Part shown: piece after piece, positions 61,345 through 64,000 of the stretch
How positions within the stretch are numbered: the stretch's first letter is position 1
How the letters are laid out: the number at the start of each line of letters is the position of its first letter
Assembly (NCBI RefSeq): GCF_006345805.1
Contig: NC_042999.1
Span: 69,130,001 to 69,194,000, forward strand
Direction of reading: 5' to 3'
Origin: Octopus sinensis
Taxonomy: Eukaryota
Length of the DNA stretch: 64,000 bases
Position numbers and translations under genes: made by a program
The notes under the pieces: generated by a model
What the model saw: only the letters and a program-made list of their open reading frames with translations
Told to the model about the DNA's origin: nothing
Database searches by the model: none

Positions 61345-62720
61345 CTTTTACTTGTTTCAGTCATTTGATTGTGGCCATGCTGGAGCACCGCCTGTAGTCG
61401 AGCAGATCGACCCCAGGACTTATTCTTTGTAAGCCTAGTATTTATTCCATCAGTCTCTTTTAGCCGAACCACTAAATTACAGGGACATAAACACACCAGC
61501 ATCGGTTGTCAAGCGATGTTGGGGGCGGGGGATGAGAACAGACACAGACACACAAATATACACATATACATATATACGACGGGCTTCTTATAGTTTCTGT
61601 CTACCAAATCCACTCACAGGCTTTGGTCGGCCTGAGGCTATAGTAGAAGACACTTTGCCCAAGGTGCCACACAGTGGGAATGAACCTGGAACCATGTGGT
61701 TGGTAACAATGATGATGATGATGACAGTTACACTGAAGATGATATCAACAAAGATTAAGATGATGACGACCATAATGAAGAGGATGGCAATGATGACAAC
61801 AATAACGCCGCCATTGGAGATGAAAATGGCAACAACAATGGTATGATGATGACAATGGTGCTGATAATGATAGAAATTTCATCCAGGATTTGAACTCATA
61901 CCATAGAGAGGTGAAACTAACTCTGCCAAGCATCTTCCTTACCTTTTATCACTTGTTTCAGTCATTAGACGGTGGCCATGCTGCAGCACTGCCACAAAGA
62001 ATCTTCAGTCAAATGAATCAATCAGCACAGGATAATTTTTTGCTTTTTAAGCCTTATACTTTATTCTATCAATCTCATTTGCTGCACCAAGTTACAGGGA
62101 TGTCAACTGGTGGAGGGGGACAAACAGAAACACACACACACAAAGGGCTTCTGTCAGTTTCCATCAATCAAATCCACTCCCAACACTTTGGTTGGGTCAG
62201 GGCACCAGCAGAAAACACTGGCACAAGGACCATACAATGGCAAACTTCTTAACCACACAGCCATGTCTGTCTCTCAGCTCTCCATAAATGAGAGAGTCAA
62301 CCACATTGTTCAGGGTTCAGTCCCACTGAGTGGCACCTTGGGCAAGTGTCTTCTTCCATAGCTCCAGGCTGACCAAAGCCTTGTGAATGGACTTGGTAGG
62401 CAGAAACTGAAAGAAGCTCGTAAATATATCGTCACCATTATCATCCTTTAATGTCCATTTTCCAGCTTGTGTGTGTACGTTCACGCGTGCATGTGTGTAA
62501 ATGTGTGTATGTTCCTCCACCACTTGTCGACTGGTGTCAGTGTATTTACATCCTCATATAAAACAAGCTACATTCAGTTTCCATCTACCAAATCCACTCA
62601 CAAGACTTTGGTCAGCCTGAGGCGATAGTAGAAGACACTTGTCCAAGATGACATGCAATGGGACTGAACCCAGAACAATGTGGTTGGGAAGCAAACTTCT
62701 TACCACACAGCCACACCTGC
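61345..62720. mobile_element. Cluster of SINE family B copies (61345-61705 -, 61945-62270 -, 62300-62420 +, 62500-62720 -)
   Basis: Diagnostic blocks. Confidence 0.8.
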
Positions 62721-63569
62721 ATTGGCTTGGTTCCTTTTTCTTTATGAAATCCTCAAAGGATAAAAAGCAAAGTTGACCTTGGCAGGCTTTGAACACAGAA
62801 CATAGAGGGTCAGAACAAATATCACATAGCATTCTATCCAACACTTCAATGATGGCTAATTCAATGTCTCAGAGAAGAATTACAAACAGGAATTTGTCTA
62901 GAATATTCTGTTTTCAACATGAAAACAATGGATAAGGATGTGAACAGCAATCTGAAGTAGTTAAAAATCTGGAATGATAAGTGTCACTTGCGGAGGAATT
63001 CCAAGAATTTGGCACACCGTGTCCAACAATACTTTAGTCATTTGTTTTTAATTTGAAACAGATGGAAAATTTAGACATGGAACCAGGTGCAGTTAGACAA
63101 TATCAAAAATGACAAAATATTATAATTCATTAAAAATCTTGCATGTAGTGAAGAAAAAATATTGTATTCAGAATAATGGTTGAAGTAAATTTATCATTTT
63201 GAATGAATTCTTTATTCAATTTTCTCCAAGACAAAATCCGGTGAATGGCTTTCTTTCAGGTTCAAAAATGCCTCAAAAATATTTAAACTGGAAACGGGTT
63301 TGTATTTATACACATCACTGCTTAGCACTGTCACCCTGCCTTTCTTGGTTCACCATGTTGACTCTTTTAATACCAATTTGCCCAAGAGTGTCTTGGATCT
63401 TTAATACAAACTTCCTGTTTTAAAGTGATTTAATTAAAGCTTTCCTCAAAATTTCATGTTAATTTATGCTTCCAACGACAAAGACATTTTACCAAATTCC
63501 TCGTGATTTTCAAAATTAATTGCTTCCCATTCATTTGCTGTAAACTGGAACTTTGTTGGTTAAGACGAT

Positions 63570-63970
63570 GAGTGTTCCAGTCAATCCGATTAACAGAACA
63601 GTAACTGGCTTTTCTTGGTTACAATGGTGTGGGTTCCAGTCGATCCGATTAACAGAACAGTCTGCTCATGAATTTCACATGCAAGTGGCTGAGAACTCCA
63701 TAGATACATGTGCCCTTGACACAGTTCTTAGGGTGTTTCGGTGTAACATAGAGTGTGTTATGGCTGGCCCCTTTGAATTACAGGTACAACTCATTTTTGC
63801 CTGCTGAGTGTAGAGGAGCTATGTAAAATAAAGGGACTTGCCCAAGGGCGCAATGTGCTGCTGGGAATCAAACTCACAACATGAGCCAATTACCCTAAAC
63901 ACAAATCCATGCACCTTCCATTTGCTTTATGGATGTTGAAACTGCACCTTCCATTTGCTTTATGGATGTC
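63570..63970 (-). mobile_element. Decayed SINE D/E fragments with small local duplications
   Basis: TTCCAGTCRATCCGATTAACAGAACAG twice (about 63576 and 63634). TGCACCTTCCATTTGCTTTATGGATGT twice (63910 and 63943). Confidence 0.65.
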
Positions 63971-64000
63971 TGAGACTGTTGAAACTCAGTCCAATGATCA

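Overview
This is repeat-saturated, AT-rich metazoan DNA, probably a large intron or intergenic region. The SINE, LINE and microsatellite repertoire points to a coleoid cephalopod, most likely Octopus (inference, not verified). No intact protein-coding gene is visible; apart from transposon fragments, almost all ORFs in the track are read-throughs of microsatellites or SINEs. Recognisable coding remnants are a near full-length but frameshifted CR1/L2-type LINE ORF2 (1167-4085), several RTE LINE 3' fragments, an RLE-type LINE endonuclease fragment (24813-25235), a Penelope-like GIY-YIG remnant (16164-16447) and two Tc1/mariner derivatives (1-774, 50917-51735). Between these lie dozens of tRNA-derived SINEs, RTE 3' ends, MITEs and simple repeats. 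The most interesting signal is a set of minimal type I hammerhead-ribozyme motifs of the kind known from Penelope-like elements and retrozymes, in three unrelated short elements (5760-5794, 29668-29709, 56326-56371, plus a partial copy at 20635-20710). One sits in a tRNA-headed, SINE-like unit with a 41-bp inverted copy of its own tail (56241-56564). Each copy carries point mutations, so catalytic activity is inferred for family consensuses, not shown. Coordinates of decayed repeats are approximate.
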